DNA from: Octopus sinensis
Taxonomy: Eukaryota
NCBI RefSeq assembly: GCF_006345805.1
Contig: NW_021833624.1
Location: forward strand, 1 to 57,264
Direction of reading: 5' to 3'
Length of the DNA stretch: 57,264 bases
Part shown: piece after piece, positions 25,976-36,653 of the stretch
Layout: every line of letters starts with the position of its first letter
Position numbering within the stretch: the stretch's first letter is position 1
Notes under the pieces: model-generated
Told to the model about the DNA's origin: nothing
What the model saw: only the letters and a program-made list of their open reading frames with translations
Databases searched by the model: none
Position numbers and translations under genes: made by a program

Positions 25976-26440
25976 CTTTCTCTTACATCCTTTGGTTATA
26001 TACATTATTTGGTTCGACTGTTTCCTTAGCGCTTTTACTATCATTTCCGCTTTCACCTGTTCAGCCATTTTGTTCTTCAGCGAGTGCACCCTAGTTTTCC
26101 TCTCCATTTGCTCCATGATTCTTTTAGGCGGCGACAAATTTACGTCGTCACCCACCTTCTGCGTCATTTTTTCCATATTCCTTTAGTCCAGCCAGGTCTA
26201 CATCCTTTTTCTTCACCTCCACCGCCTCAGAAAAATTTCTTGTTCTCTTCAATATTCCGTCCATTCTTCTCACCGCCTTCACCAGCTCCTCCGCCGCTGA
26301 AGACAATTCAGACCCGCTAACGTCTGAATACATTTTCTCGAAACCGCTGCCAAGCAGCACAACAATTCTGTCCGGTTCTAAAAAGAAAAAAAAAAGCTTC
26401 TTCCCACACCGCTACGCCTGTCGTGATAGTAACTGATCGC
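25976..26440 (-). mobile_element. Putative LINE ORF1-like 5' fragment (tentative)
   Basis: ORFs 26148-26360 and 25973-26176 join through one homopolymer frameshift into ~130 aa of charged, coiled-coil-like sequence containing RNFSEAV, which resembles the (S/T)YAxAV motif of ORF1 N-termini. Abuts the CR1 fragment directly. Confidence 0.4.
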
Positions 26441-27581
26441 CATGTTGGCGGTTGTGTTCTGTGGTTGGCGGTGGCTGTTCAGATGGTGGTGGCGGAGGTG
26501 GGTGGTGGTGGTGGTGGGGTTGAGGTGTTAGTAGTTGGTGGTTGCGATAGTAGAGATTGTTAGTTTTGTTGTTATTGGTGGCGGTGGTGGTGATGGAGGT
26601 TGAAATGGTGCTGGTTGTGTTTGTGGGTTGGCAGTGGTTGGCTGTACCGCTGCTAGTGAGGGGTGGGTACGTGGAAGTAAGGTGATGGTGATTGTGTTTA
26701 TATTGTCAGTGTATGTTGTTTGTACTGGTTTGTTGTTGTTGTTGTTGTTGATGTTGTTTTTTTTTGTTTTTTTGTTGTTTTAGTCTTCTTAACGTTGTTG
26801 AAAATTCAGTGATCCGTTTCAGTGATCCATCCATCTCTATTTCACACAAGTCACTCATTCTTAAAGATTATAACAACAACAACAACACAACAAACATTCG
26901 AAAAGAAGAACATAACAATAGAATAAAAAAAAAGAACAAAAAATATCAAACAACGAGACTGTCACCACCACCACCACCACCACCACCACCACCACCATCC
27001 ATCCATCACCACCATCATCACCACCACCACCATCATCATCACCACCACCAACAACAACAATAACACGGTAGCTTTGTTACAATTAGATTCAGATGCCATT
27101 CCATTCCCATCTCTTAACTGTTCAGAATATCTGATTATGTGGCTTTTTAACTGCAGAGTGTGTTAACTTCCCTCCCTCTCTCCCTTTCTCCCCCTCTCCC
27201 TCTCTCTCTTCCTTTCTCTTTCTCCTTTACTCTCTTCCTTTTATCCCTCTTTCTCGCCGCCCTCTCAGTTTTGGTATTGCGAGATAAAAAACAAAGGAAA
27301 AAGAAAAGAAAATTAAGCTAAGGGAAATAACTCAAATAAGCTAATAGCAGAGATTGAGATAAAATGGAAGTAACGTCGGTTCAGCCATGTTGAAGAGACG
27401 ACAAACATTACTCCTCAGTATAGTTACTGCTTTCATCTCTAATAGAGGGTGATTGATAAATCAATGCTTTTTTTTTATGAATCTACAAGCAATGATGTAC
27501 GCCGAAACAGAAACAAAACTTCATGTGCATATGTTTTTCCTCCTCTAAATACCTATCTATCTATCTATCTATCTATCTATC

Positions 27582-27642
<61 letters not shown>

Positions 27643-28350
27643 GCTGAGTCTATCGTCAATATTGTCATGCCTTCTTCCTTCAAACGGGAAGGAAGAGCTA
27701 TTTTCATCATCCTTGTGGCTATGGCGAAAGAATGTATCTGATGTGCGTCTGAAAGGATTGGAGACAAACACTTTCCTCTCTGGTCAATCTCTCATCAACT
27801 TCTTCAAGTACCACTTGAAAAGGAAAGTGAGAGTAGAGAGGCAAGTTTTGTCTAGCGAACGTTTTAAAAAAAGATGGGTGAATGTAGCAAGGATGGCACG
27901 TATGAATGACGAAGCCCCCTTGAGCATAACCCTATGAACCCAGAAATTGAAAACAGAGGGTTACCCACTTGCAAACAAATGTGGTAACATATAACAATAT
28001 TGACCAAAGTTACCGTGGTATTTTTCGTAGGCTTTTCTTCCCACGGATAAACCTTACTTGCTTTCCCCTTTACACCATACATCATGACACTGTGATACAC
28101 GATCCCTATTGATCGTTTTTTTTCCTCTTCCCCTTTTTTCCTCTTTTTTCTTCTTTTTTCATTTTTCTTTTGTTCCTTTTCCCTTTTTTCTTTTTTTTTC
28201 TTTTCTTTTTTTTCTTTTTTTTGTTCTTTTTTCCTTTTACGATCCATTTTGATCGAAAACCTACGCCACTTTTTTTTCTCCCCCAAAAGAAAAGCTCTAC
28301 CTTGTAACTTGTCCTATCTGTGTGCAGCCCTGTGTGGCCAATAAAGAAAC
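27643..28350 (+). mobile_element. 5'-truncated Tx1-like (L1 clade) LINE: ORF2 C-terminus and 3'UTR, embedded in (TATC)n
   Basis: ..RAIFIILVAMAKECI/..RLKGLETNTFLSGQSLINFFKYHLKRKVRVERQVLSSERFKKRW..* fits the AK..IW..R...F...W C-terminal pattern of L1/Tx1 ORF2. U-rich 3'UTR ends in aataaagaaac. (TATC)n on both sides. Confidence 0.72.
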
Positions 28351-28390
28351 TTATCTACCTACCTACCTATCTATCTATCTATATTATATA

Positions 28391-28454
<64 letters not shown>

Positions 28455-28461
28455 TTATTTA

Positions 28462-28558
28462 TTTATAGAAGGAGCTTCTACAGGTCTAGAACTGTTTCAT
28501 TCAAATGAAATCATCAGGAATGAAACAGTTCTAGTCCTGTAGAAGCTCCTTCTATAAA
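28462..28558 (-). other. 41-bp near-perfect fold-back containing a minimal hammerhead-like core on the minus strand
   Basis: Arms 28462-28502 and 28518-28558 (1 mismatch). Minus strand reads CTGATGA-tttcatttgaat-GAAA-cag-ttctagac-ctg-TA-gaag. Confidence 0.55.
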
Positions 28559-28629
28559 ATAAATTAATTTACTCTGCCATGTATTGAGTACCTTATTTAC
28601 TGTTGTTAACCCAGACTCAACCCGGGACC

Positions 28630-28664
<35 letters not shown>

Positions 28665-28835
28665 TATATACATATATATATATATGTATATAATATATAT
28701 ATATAGATAGAGAGAGAGAGAGAGTGTGTTGTGTGTGTGTATATGTATGTGTGTGTGTGGGGTTACTTTTGTGCGTATGTACGTATATGGTTTGAAGTGA
28801 AATACATCTATTAGTAATTCAGTAATACAATACAC

Positions 28836-29130
28836 TGAAGCCTCTACAAAGCTCGCGTCACATCGACGTTCCAGAAAACATGGTGGATTGGCGCAGTGTG
28901 TCTGAAAGGGCTTAATTCTTAGGCCTCTGCTTCCTCATTTCAAAGCATCATCCTGTGAGTAGAAAACAGTCCTTGTGACACTAAAAAACATTTATACAAT
29001 ATGTCATCTTACAACTTCCGGATGTACCTTCCCATCAGAAGTCTTTTAAGATCATTTTGATAACCATTAAACCAGTCATCAAGAAATACTCGAACATACC
29101 GGAAATACAATAACGTTCGTTATAGTTTAC
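28836..29130 (+). mobile_element. Decayed APE-type endonuclease (LINE ORF2 N-terminal) remnant
   Basis: RRSRKHGGLAQCV motif; homologous (roughly 65-70% by eye over ~140 nt) to 32040-32172 on the opposite strand. Confidence 0.45.
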
Positions 29131-29336
29131 TAAATGAAGTTCTTTTCTAAGACATTTGTGAAAGACATTTGTGAAAAAAACCAGACCACCCACAGCAGTT
29201 TCAGGTTCCAACTAATCACGCCTCCTACATAAATAAACATAGTGCAATGGGATAGCCTCTATTGCACGAAATTGCTGCCAAACACCAAGAAAAAAATTCA
29301 TGGGCACAGACTTAGCTATATGATTAAGATGGAAGA

Positions 29337-29765
29337 CGGCGAGCTGGCAGAAGCGTTAGCACGCCGGGCGAAATGCTTAGCGGTATTTCGACTGCCGTTA
29401 CGTTCTGAGTTCAAATTCCGCCGAGGTCGACTTTGCCTTTCATCCTTTCGAGATCGATTAGATAAGTACCAGTTACGCACTGGGGTCAATCTAATCGACT
29501 TAATCCGTTTGTCTGTCCTTATTTGACTCCTCTATGTTTAGCCCCTTGTGGGCAATAATAAAATAAGAAACGTTAGCACGCAGGGCGAAATGTTTAGCAG
29601 TATTTCGTCTGCCGCTACGTTCTGAGTTCAAATTCCGCCGAGGTCGACTTTGCCTTTCATCCTTTCGGAGTCGGTAAATTAAGTACCAGTTGCGTACTGG
29701 GGTCAATCTAATCGACTGGCCCCCTCCCCCAAAATTTCGGGCCTTGTGCCTAAGAGTAGAAAAGT
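29337..29765 (+). mobile_element. Two tandem SINE family B copies (29337-29555 with Tx1-like tail; 29568-29765 with alternative tail)
   Basis: The body gttagcacgc.gggcgaaatg...aatctaatcgact occurs twice, with different 3' ends. Confidence 0.9.
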
Positions 29766-29774
29766 ATATAATTA

Positions 29775-30150
29775 AGATGGTCGGTTTGCAACCATGAGGT
29801 ATTGGGGTTCCGTCCCACTGCGCGGCACGTTGGCTGTGCTTTCTAGTATAGTCCCTGACCGATCAATGCTTTGTAAGTGTATTTGTTTTGCGGAAACTGT
29901 GGAAGCCTGTCGTATTTGTCTGTATGTGTATGTATGCATCTGTGTGGCTGTGTTTGTACCACTACTACTTGACAATGGCTGTTACTTTGTTTATATCCCC
30001 GTAATTAAGCGGTTCGGCAAAAGCGACTGATAGAAAAAACTACCAGACTTTAAAAAAAGTACTAGGGTTGATTTATTCGACCAGAAACTCTAGGCTGTTC
30101 TGCTGTATGGCCGCAGTTCAATGACCGAAGCATGTAAAAGATAAAAGATA
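29775..30150 (+). mobile_element. SINE family A, degenerate
   Basis: ggggttccgtcccactgcgcggcac head, gcggttcggcaaaag body, atggccgcagttcaatgac tail. Confidence 0.75.
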
Positions 30151-30481
30151 CAAACAACTGCCATTAAAAAAAAGTAGGCGGATTAGTCACGTGACGGTTT
30201 GAGAACGTTTGATCATCGATCTGATAAGTCAGACCTTAATAATAAAAAAGATAAAAACAAAAAGAAAAAATAGCTGATCTCGGAAATTAACTTTGAAATG
30301 CAGCTTGGGAGTTAATTGAGGCTAATCAACAAGAATTGAATTGATCTAAAATTTTTCATCCGCCTAACCTGGAGAGGCAAACAAAAGTTGTACACAGAAG
30401 TACTACAAGAAGTCAACTCTCAAATCGTATTGAGCATCGCATACGATTGACAGAGTAGATTCGTGTCGAGAAAAGCAACTA

Positions 30482-31325
30482 CCGTAAATCCTCGAGTATA
30501 ATCCGCATTTTTTCCCAAAATTTAAAGGTCAAAATCCCTAGTGCGTACTATATACGAGGTTAAAAATGAAAAATATTTTCTAAGCAATGTCCGAGTCTCT
30601 ATTTGCTGTCCGGCAATGTTTATTCAGACGCATTTTGTGATGTCGGGCGCGAAAATACCTTAAGCTAAGCCTGAAAGCAATGAAGTCATAAAAGAATCAT
30701 CCATAACTTGCAGTAAGCAACATTTATTAAAATGAAAGTATTCAGAATATAGAATAACACGTAACAAAAACAATTTGCAAACATATTTACATTCCCATAT
30801 AACAGTTAAGAACATCACCATTATTGTATTACGCATGTGCGGAAGTGTTTGTTCGACTAGGTGCTGCTGGCTTAATTACGCACGAATTGTGCTTAATAGT
30901 TTAGCGCTAAATAGTTCATCCTGCTGTTTGTATTGGCAGTTTGCATCATTACCGTGGCAAACAATAGATACTTAATTAAATACCAGTATTAAATGTTTGA
31001 ACTACTGTGGGTCTTTACTAGGGTTTTTTTTATGAGCGGGACTTAAACCTGTACATTAATCTCCAATAAAACATTTTAAACATTACATGCCCTTAAAATG
31101 CCTCGTAGATCTTATTCAGCTATGTTTAAACTTGAAGTTATATCATATGCTGAAGGACGTTACCGTATACATTTTTACAAACTAAGGACGTTATATAGAC
31201 CTCCTTGACTCAAGTTAGAGAAGCGGTGCGTATTATACACAAGGTTTAGGTTTTTAAGAGATACAGCCCCCTAAAAATCCCTTGCGTATTATACTCAAGG
31301 GCGGACTATACTCGAGGATTTACGG
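30482..31325. mobile_element. Non-autonomous Tc2/pogo-like (Tc1/mariner) element
   Basis: TIRs CCGTAAATCCTCGAGTATAATCCGC / GCGGACTATACTCGAGGATTTACGG (1 mismatch), flanked by TA at 30480-30481 and 31326-31327. Repeated subterminal motif tgcgta[ct]tata. Confidence 0.88.
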
Positions 31326-31394
31326 TAAATGTTGTTACAGCGCTAATGATCCCGTAGCTCAGTTGAATAAACGTTATAATAAAAATGTTATTGC

Positions 31395-31530
31395 TTTCAA
31401 ATTTTGGCATAAGGCTAGTAACTTTGGGGTAGAGAGTAAGTCGATTACATCAACCCCAGGGCTCAGCTGGTGCTCATTTTATTGACCACAAAAGGATGAA
31501 AACAAAGTTGACCTCAGTGAGATTTGAACC
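31395..31530 (-). mobile_element. SINE family B, degenerate fragment
   Basis: aggatgaaaacaaagttgacctcagtgagatttgaac matches the family B body in reverse. Confidence 0.65.
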
Positions 31531-31899
31531 CAGTGAGATTAGCCCCGCTGTGCTATTAAACTGTCAAAGAAGAAAAAGTGAAAGTGAATTCGCGTAGGAA
31601 TGGTTTCGTAGAAAAGAATGTTTCAGAAAACAATTATGTGTTCAAAATTCTTCCTTCTGTTCTGCATAAGAATATAGTGTTTATTTCTTTTCATTTTTTA
31701 AATTTATTCTTTTAATATTTTATACCTTGAAATAGAAAACAAACCATATTTAGTGTCAAGATGGCTTGTATGTTGAATATTTGTCTGAAATTTGCCATCT
31801 ACTCAAGGATTCATAGGAACGTCTTTAATTTTCAGTTCAAAGAGAGAAACAAATGACACTTCCAGAAGTATCCTTTAAAACAAACGCTGCTTTACGCCT

Positions 31900-32345
31900 C
31901 ACCTCACAAGCCGGCAGATATAATTTTCTGGCAGAATATTTTTCAATGTATTTCTAACCCGTCAAGAAATCCCCACAAAACCCTATACTGCTGCAAATTT
32001 AGTTCTGGTACCAATGACCTCTCCGTATATCTCACGCTCACGGATTATTGTTTATCCGCAAGACGATGTTTGAAATAACAGAAGTACAGGTTTAACAATG
32101 AAGTCCTCTAAACATATAACGCTACTCCACCGTCTCTTCTAAAACGATGATCTGATGTGAGCTTTGTAGAGTCATTAATTCCCTCGCGGCCCAATGCATG
32201 TACTTTAACTCGAACCCTGCATCTCTCATGTTTGGCTGTGAGGTGACGGCCCAAGGCCATTCTCGCTACCAGAATCTGGAATGCAGAGCCCAATCTAAAT
32301 CCCTCTTCTAAAGCCTTAACTAGGTTACCTTCTATTCTAGTCATA
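31900..32345 (-). mobile_element. Decayed APE-type endonuclease remnant, paralog of 28836-29130
   Basis: RFRRDGGVALYV followed by FLDGLE....KIISAG matches the GGVAxYV ... FLDxLE ... II.GDFN layout of LINE endonucleases. Confidence 0.5.
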
Positions 32346-32739
32346 TCTAAACTTAACTGACGGCTAAATCTAATAGACTTAAAACGTATGGCTCTTTCCT
32401 AACTTGAAACAATTTTTTCAGTAATTTAAATTGTGAAAGAATCTGATAAATGTTATCCAAAACATGTGGCTGTGTGGTAAGAAGCTTGCTTCCGTTTGAA
32501 GACTTCGGTCGTAGTTTGTTCGCGCTTTGTGAAATAGGCATTTTTATTGTTGAAATTCTGTTAATTATAGTAGACTGTTATTGAAAATTATTGCTGAAAA
32601 TTGTTATTGTGAACTTTTGCCTGTTTGCAGGCTTTGTTGGACTATTTATTTTCCCGTATTCCGAGGAATAGTGAAATTTTTGTAGCCATTTTGCATTCTT
32701 TAACAGTATATTTCATAATTTAGTCTTTGTAGGCATTGT

Positions 32740-33310
32740 TGAACTGCGCCCGCCCCCCAACAAGAGTGGGATTTGAACTATCGAATGCGTTTTTTTTTTT
32801 AGTATTTATTTTTGCTTGCAATAGCCGGTTCTTTTGGTCAAACTATCGTGTCTCCAGCTGCTTCAGATGCCAAGAAATAAAAGTGTAGTACAACGGTTTT
32901 GCTATGGAATGGTGAAACTATTTTTTCGTTTTCTGAAATAGCAACGTTTTGGATTCACAACACTTTTTCATAATATCAACGATATGCATGCAAATAATTC
33001 TTGGGCATCCTGCAACCAATTTTGCGTTTGTCTTTCAAACAGCATTCACTTTGTTATACATATTTTTATCATGTGCCATTGTTTTCGGGTTTTCGTTCAC
33101 ATTTCAACCAAAGATCTTCAGATTTTTTTACCAGATGTTTTCGTTTCTACCTTCAGTGGGGTATATACTTCCAGCTTGCCATGTCTGGTGATTATTTGAT
33201 GGTTCTTTCCGTTCAGGAAAAGCCAATTTCATATGAAACTGTAGGTAACATTTTGAAACACCAAGTTTCATCAGCCGGCTTATTCAACAAGGCTATATTC
33301 GAATAAGCCA
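32740..33310 (-). mobile_element. Possible pogo/Tc2-like transposon 5' remnant
   Basis: Tc2-like subterminal motifs (tcgaatatagcc..gaataagccg) at 33275-33308, plus weak CENP-B-like HTH fragments. Heavily decayed. Confidence 0.3.
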
Positions 33311-33710
33311 ACAGCCAAAACGGAAAGACCCAGTTGAAACGAATTTCAAAACGAATTTAACGTTAATTTCGGTATTCTGTCTCTCCTTCTGCAAATGTTC
33401 TGTTATCTTTGAAATTGCTTTAAAATAATAATCTTCCATAAACATAAGCTCGCACGCACACATATTGTGTGCAAGTATATGCAAATGCACACATACACAC
33501 GTGTGTGTGCATGTATATATGCATATATGTACGTGTATATTTAAATATATAAACATATATATACACATATATATACATACATACGTGTGTGTATGTATAT
33601 ATATATATATATATATATATACACGTATGTATGTATATATATGTGTATATATATATGTTTATATATTTAAATATACACGTACATATATGCATATATACAT
33701 GCACACACAC

Positions 33711-33781
<71 letters not shown>

Positions 33782-34102
33782 GTGTGTGTGTTCTCGGGTT
33801 GTCGTTCACTTTTTCTCGCTTGATTAAGTGTTTGTTTCTCTTTTAGTTTTCTGCAATTTTATTTATGGATCTTCTATATATATTTTCTCTCCACAAAACG
33901 GAAAGTTGCATAATGGAACAGTCATTTTAACGAGACTTTATTTATTTATTTATTTATTTATCACCCGACGACATTCGCCTGTGCTACCGGATACTCCCGA
34001 ACCAGTTTTTGTGTTCCACAAGAGGAATCGATGCTAGATGTGTCGAAACAATTGTTGTGATTAATAATATATTCTCGTATATTCCATCTTCTGTCTTTCA
34101 TT

Positions 34103-34138
<36 letters not shown>

Positions 34139-34399
34139 TTACATATATACATATATGCATATTAGATGGGGGTCGAAATTTTATACTCTGATTCAACATA
34201 TACCTTGGTATTCATTTTGGTGTGAGAAATAATTAACAAATTTTAAAAAGTATGCGACCACCCCTACCCCTCGCATAGTCCCTCCCCTAATGCTGCGTTT
34301 TGAATACTGAAAATTTAAGGAACTGTAAACTTGTTTTAATGCTATCAACATTGTTAAATATTACCTATATAACTTTTTATAATTTATATGCACCTCAGC

Positions 34400-35180
34400 C
34401 CCTGAAAAAAATAGAACATTTATTGGAATCTCTGCAACTGACCCAATATTTGTCTGGTGTGATGATTAGATTCTCATAAGTAAATCTCTTTTGTTGTTTT
34501 TCTCTTAGTTCATTGTCAGGAACAAAGTGGATGTCATCGTCGTCATTGTCCCGTGTCACATCTATCTTCATTAATATCCCTTGGACACTGATGACTAGTT
34601 GAAGCAACGTCCATGTCTAAGCACATCTTTGCCTTCCTGTTTTCAAATCTTTGCGCTCTTTCTGCAGTTCTTTTTCTACCTGAAGTTATTTCTCTATTTA
34701 CAGATCCTAACTGATTAAGTCCTTTTTTCTTCCTGTTCAACAAATCCTTCCCATTCCATTATTGGTATTTTTATGTCACACCTATAGTCAGATCTTTTTA
34801 TTTGTTTGTCATAACACGTGTAGGGGCATATATCAAACATTTCATTGAACTCCTCTAAATTCTCATCAAAACTATCTCCTCTTTGCTTGATAGGTATTTG
34901 GTTTTAATTTATAAGCAGATTCAATCAATCTCTCAATTTTTAGAGCTATTCCCTCAAACCCAATATAAGGAAAAGAAAATTTGTCCCACATTGTTTGTAC
35001 ATCTGCAGCAACAATTCGGTAGCATTCTTTCGCTGTGAGTGAAGTTTTTGATGTATGTTCTTCATGTTTTCTTATGTATAAATAAGGTCAGAATGCATCA
35101 ACCTTTGATGGGATCATTGCTGTAGGAAATTCTGCAGGAAATCCAAATGCTGAATTACAGCTTTTACTTCTAGTTGCCAT
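34400..35180 (-). mobile_element. hATm-like transposase N-terminal remnant
   Basis: MATRSK..FGFPAEFP...IPSK.D...YL...VAADVQTMWDKFSFP...KIERL...MFDIC...KIPIMEW..F.EQ..LGSV. This matches my recollection of the N-terminal region of hATm-type (Cc8K15.2-like) transposases. Confidence 0.55.
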
Positions 35181-35439
35181 TGTATAATTTTATATACTTG
35201 AATTATTACAGTTTAAACTTATGTAGGTATTTTTGTAAAATTATAATACAATTTAGCTCTGAAATAATCTGAAAAACAAAAATCATTTAACAAATGTGCA
35301 CATTTTCTAAAATTAAAAAAAATCATTTAACACATTGAAAAGTTATAATTTTACCATATTGAAGTGATACCTACCTACCGATTGTCTTATATCTCAATGT
35401 TTTTGCTATCTTTACTCATCAGATGTTTTAAACAAGGTT

Positions 35440-36018
35440 TCTACCCACAAAGGGCTAAACACAGAGGACAAACAAGAACAAACGGATTAAGTCGATTATA
35501 TCGACCCCAGTGCGTAACTGGTACTTATTTAATCGACCCCGAAAGGATGAAAGGCAAAGTCGACCTCGGCAGAATTTGAACTCAGATCATAAAGACAGAC
35601 GAAATACCTATTTCTTTACTACCCACAAGGGGCTAAACACAGAGACGACAAACAAGGACAGACAAACGGATTAAGTCGATTATATCTACCCCAGTGCGTA
35701 ACTGGTACTTATTTAATCGACCCCGAAAGGATGAAAGGCAAAGTCGACCTCGGCGGAATTTGAACTCGGATCATAAAGACAGACGAAATACCTATTTCTT
35801 TACAACCCACAAGGGGCTAAACACAGAGAGGACAAACAAGGACAGACAAACGGATTAAGTCGATTATATCGATTCCAGTGCGTAACTGGTACTTATTTAA
35901 TCGACCCGGAAAGGATGAAAGGCAAAGTCGACCTCGGTGGAATTTGAACTCAGAACGTAACAGCAGACGAAATAGCGCTAAGCATTTCGCCCGGCGTGCT
36001 AACGATTCTGCCAGTTCG
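35440..36018 (-). mobile_element. SINE family B with triplicated ~180-bp body and tail
   Basis: Units start at about 35440, 35611 and 35795; single head at about 35975-36018. Confidence 0.92.
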
Positions 36019-36159
36019 CAAAGATGCCGGCTTCATGAAAGCTGACTTGGCTCTGCACAACAGCAACCTCGCCATTTTCATGAGCTTTGAATTCGGTAGC
36101 TGTCACTTTTGTGGTGGTGGTGCGGGGCAAGGGGTTGTATGTTTGATTTACTAAACGTC

Positions 36160-36350
36160 TCAGCATTTGGCATAAAGCCAGCAATTTTAGGAGAGGCGTA
36201 TGTCGATTGTAATGGCCGAAATTCTTGACCGATACTTTATTTCATCGACCCCAAAAGGATGAAAGGCAAAAGTTGATCTCAATGAAATTTGAACTCAAAA
36301 CAGAAGAAATACCGCAGAGCATTTTGTACGACGCGCTAACGATTCCGCTA
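36160..36350 (-). mobile_element. SINE family B, degenerate
   Basis: catcgaccccaaaaggatgaaaggcaaa..gaactca..cgcgctaacgattcc. Confidence 0.7.
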
Positions 36351-36602
36351 ATGGGTGCTATGAAACAAATAATCTCTTTAAAATATTTTTCTTTGGCTCT
36401 GATCGTTTTAGCATCCGTGTTACCACATTCTTTCGCTTTACTTACTCGGTTCTGTTCTTTAGTTAATTATTTCAAAGTTGTTGTAGTGTACTTCTTGTCA
36501 CTGTAATAATTAAAAATTCAGAACTTGACAGACAGTGCAATTGAGTTTTATGTTTATAATCGAAAAAAAAGAAGACCCTCACAAAGAAGCAAAAACCTAT
36601 AT

Positions 36603-36653
<51 letters not shown>

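Noticed and set aside
28836-32345. Opposite-strand reading of the paired remnants as a piggyBac-like (SFVES) or viral RdRp-like (SQDD) protein
   Set aside because: Motif spacing does not fit. The endonuclease reading explains more motifs, and its third codon positions coincide with those of this frame.
35440-36018. Regularly spaced repeats superficially like a CRISPR array
   Set aside because: The units are contiguous ~180-bp SINE segments with no unique spacers, in eukaryotic DNA with no cas genes.
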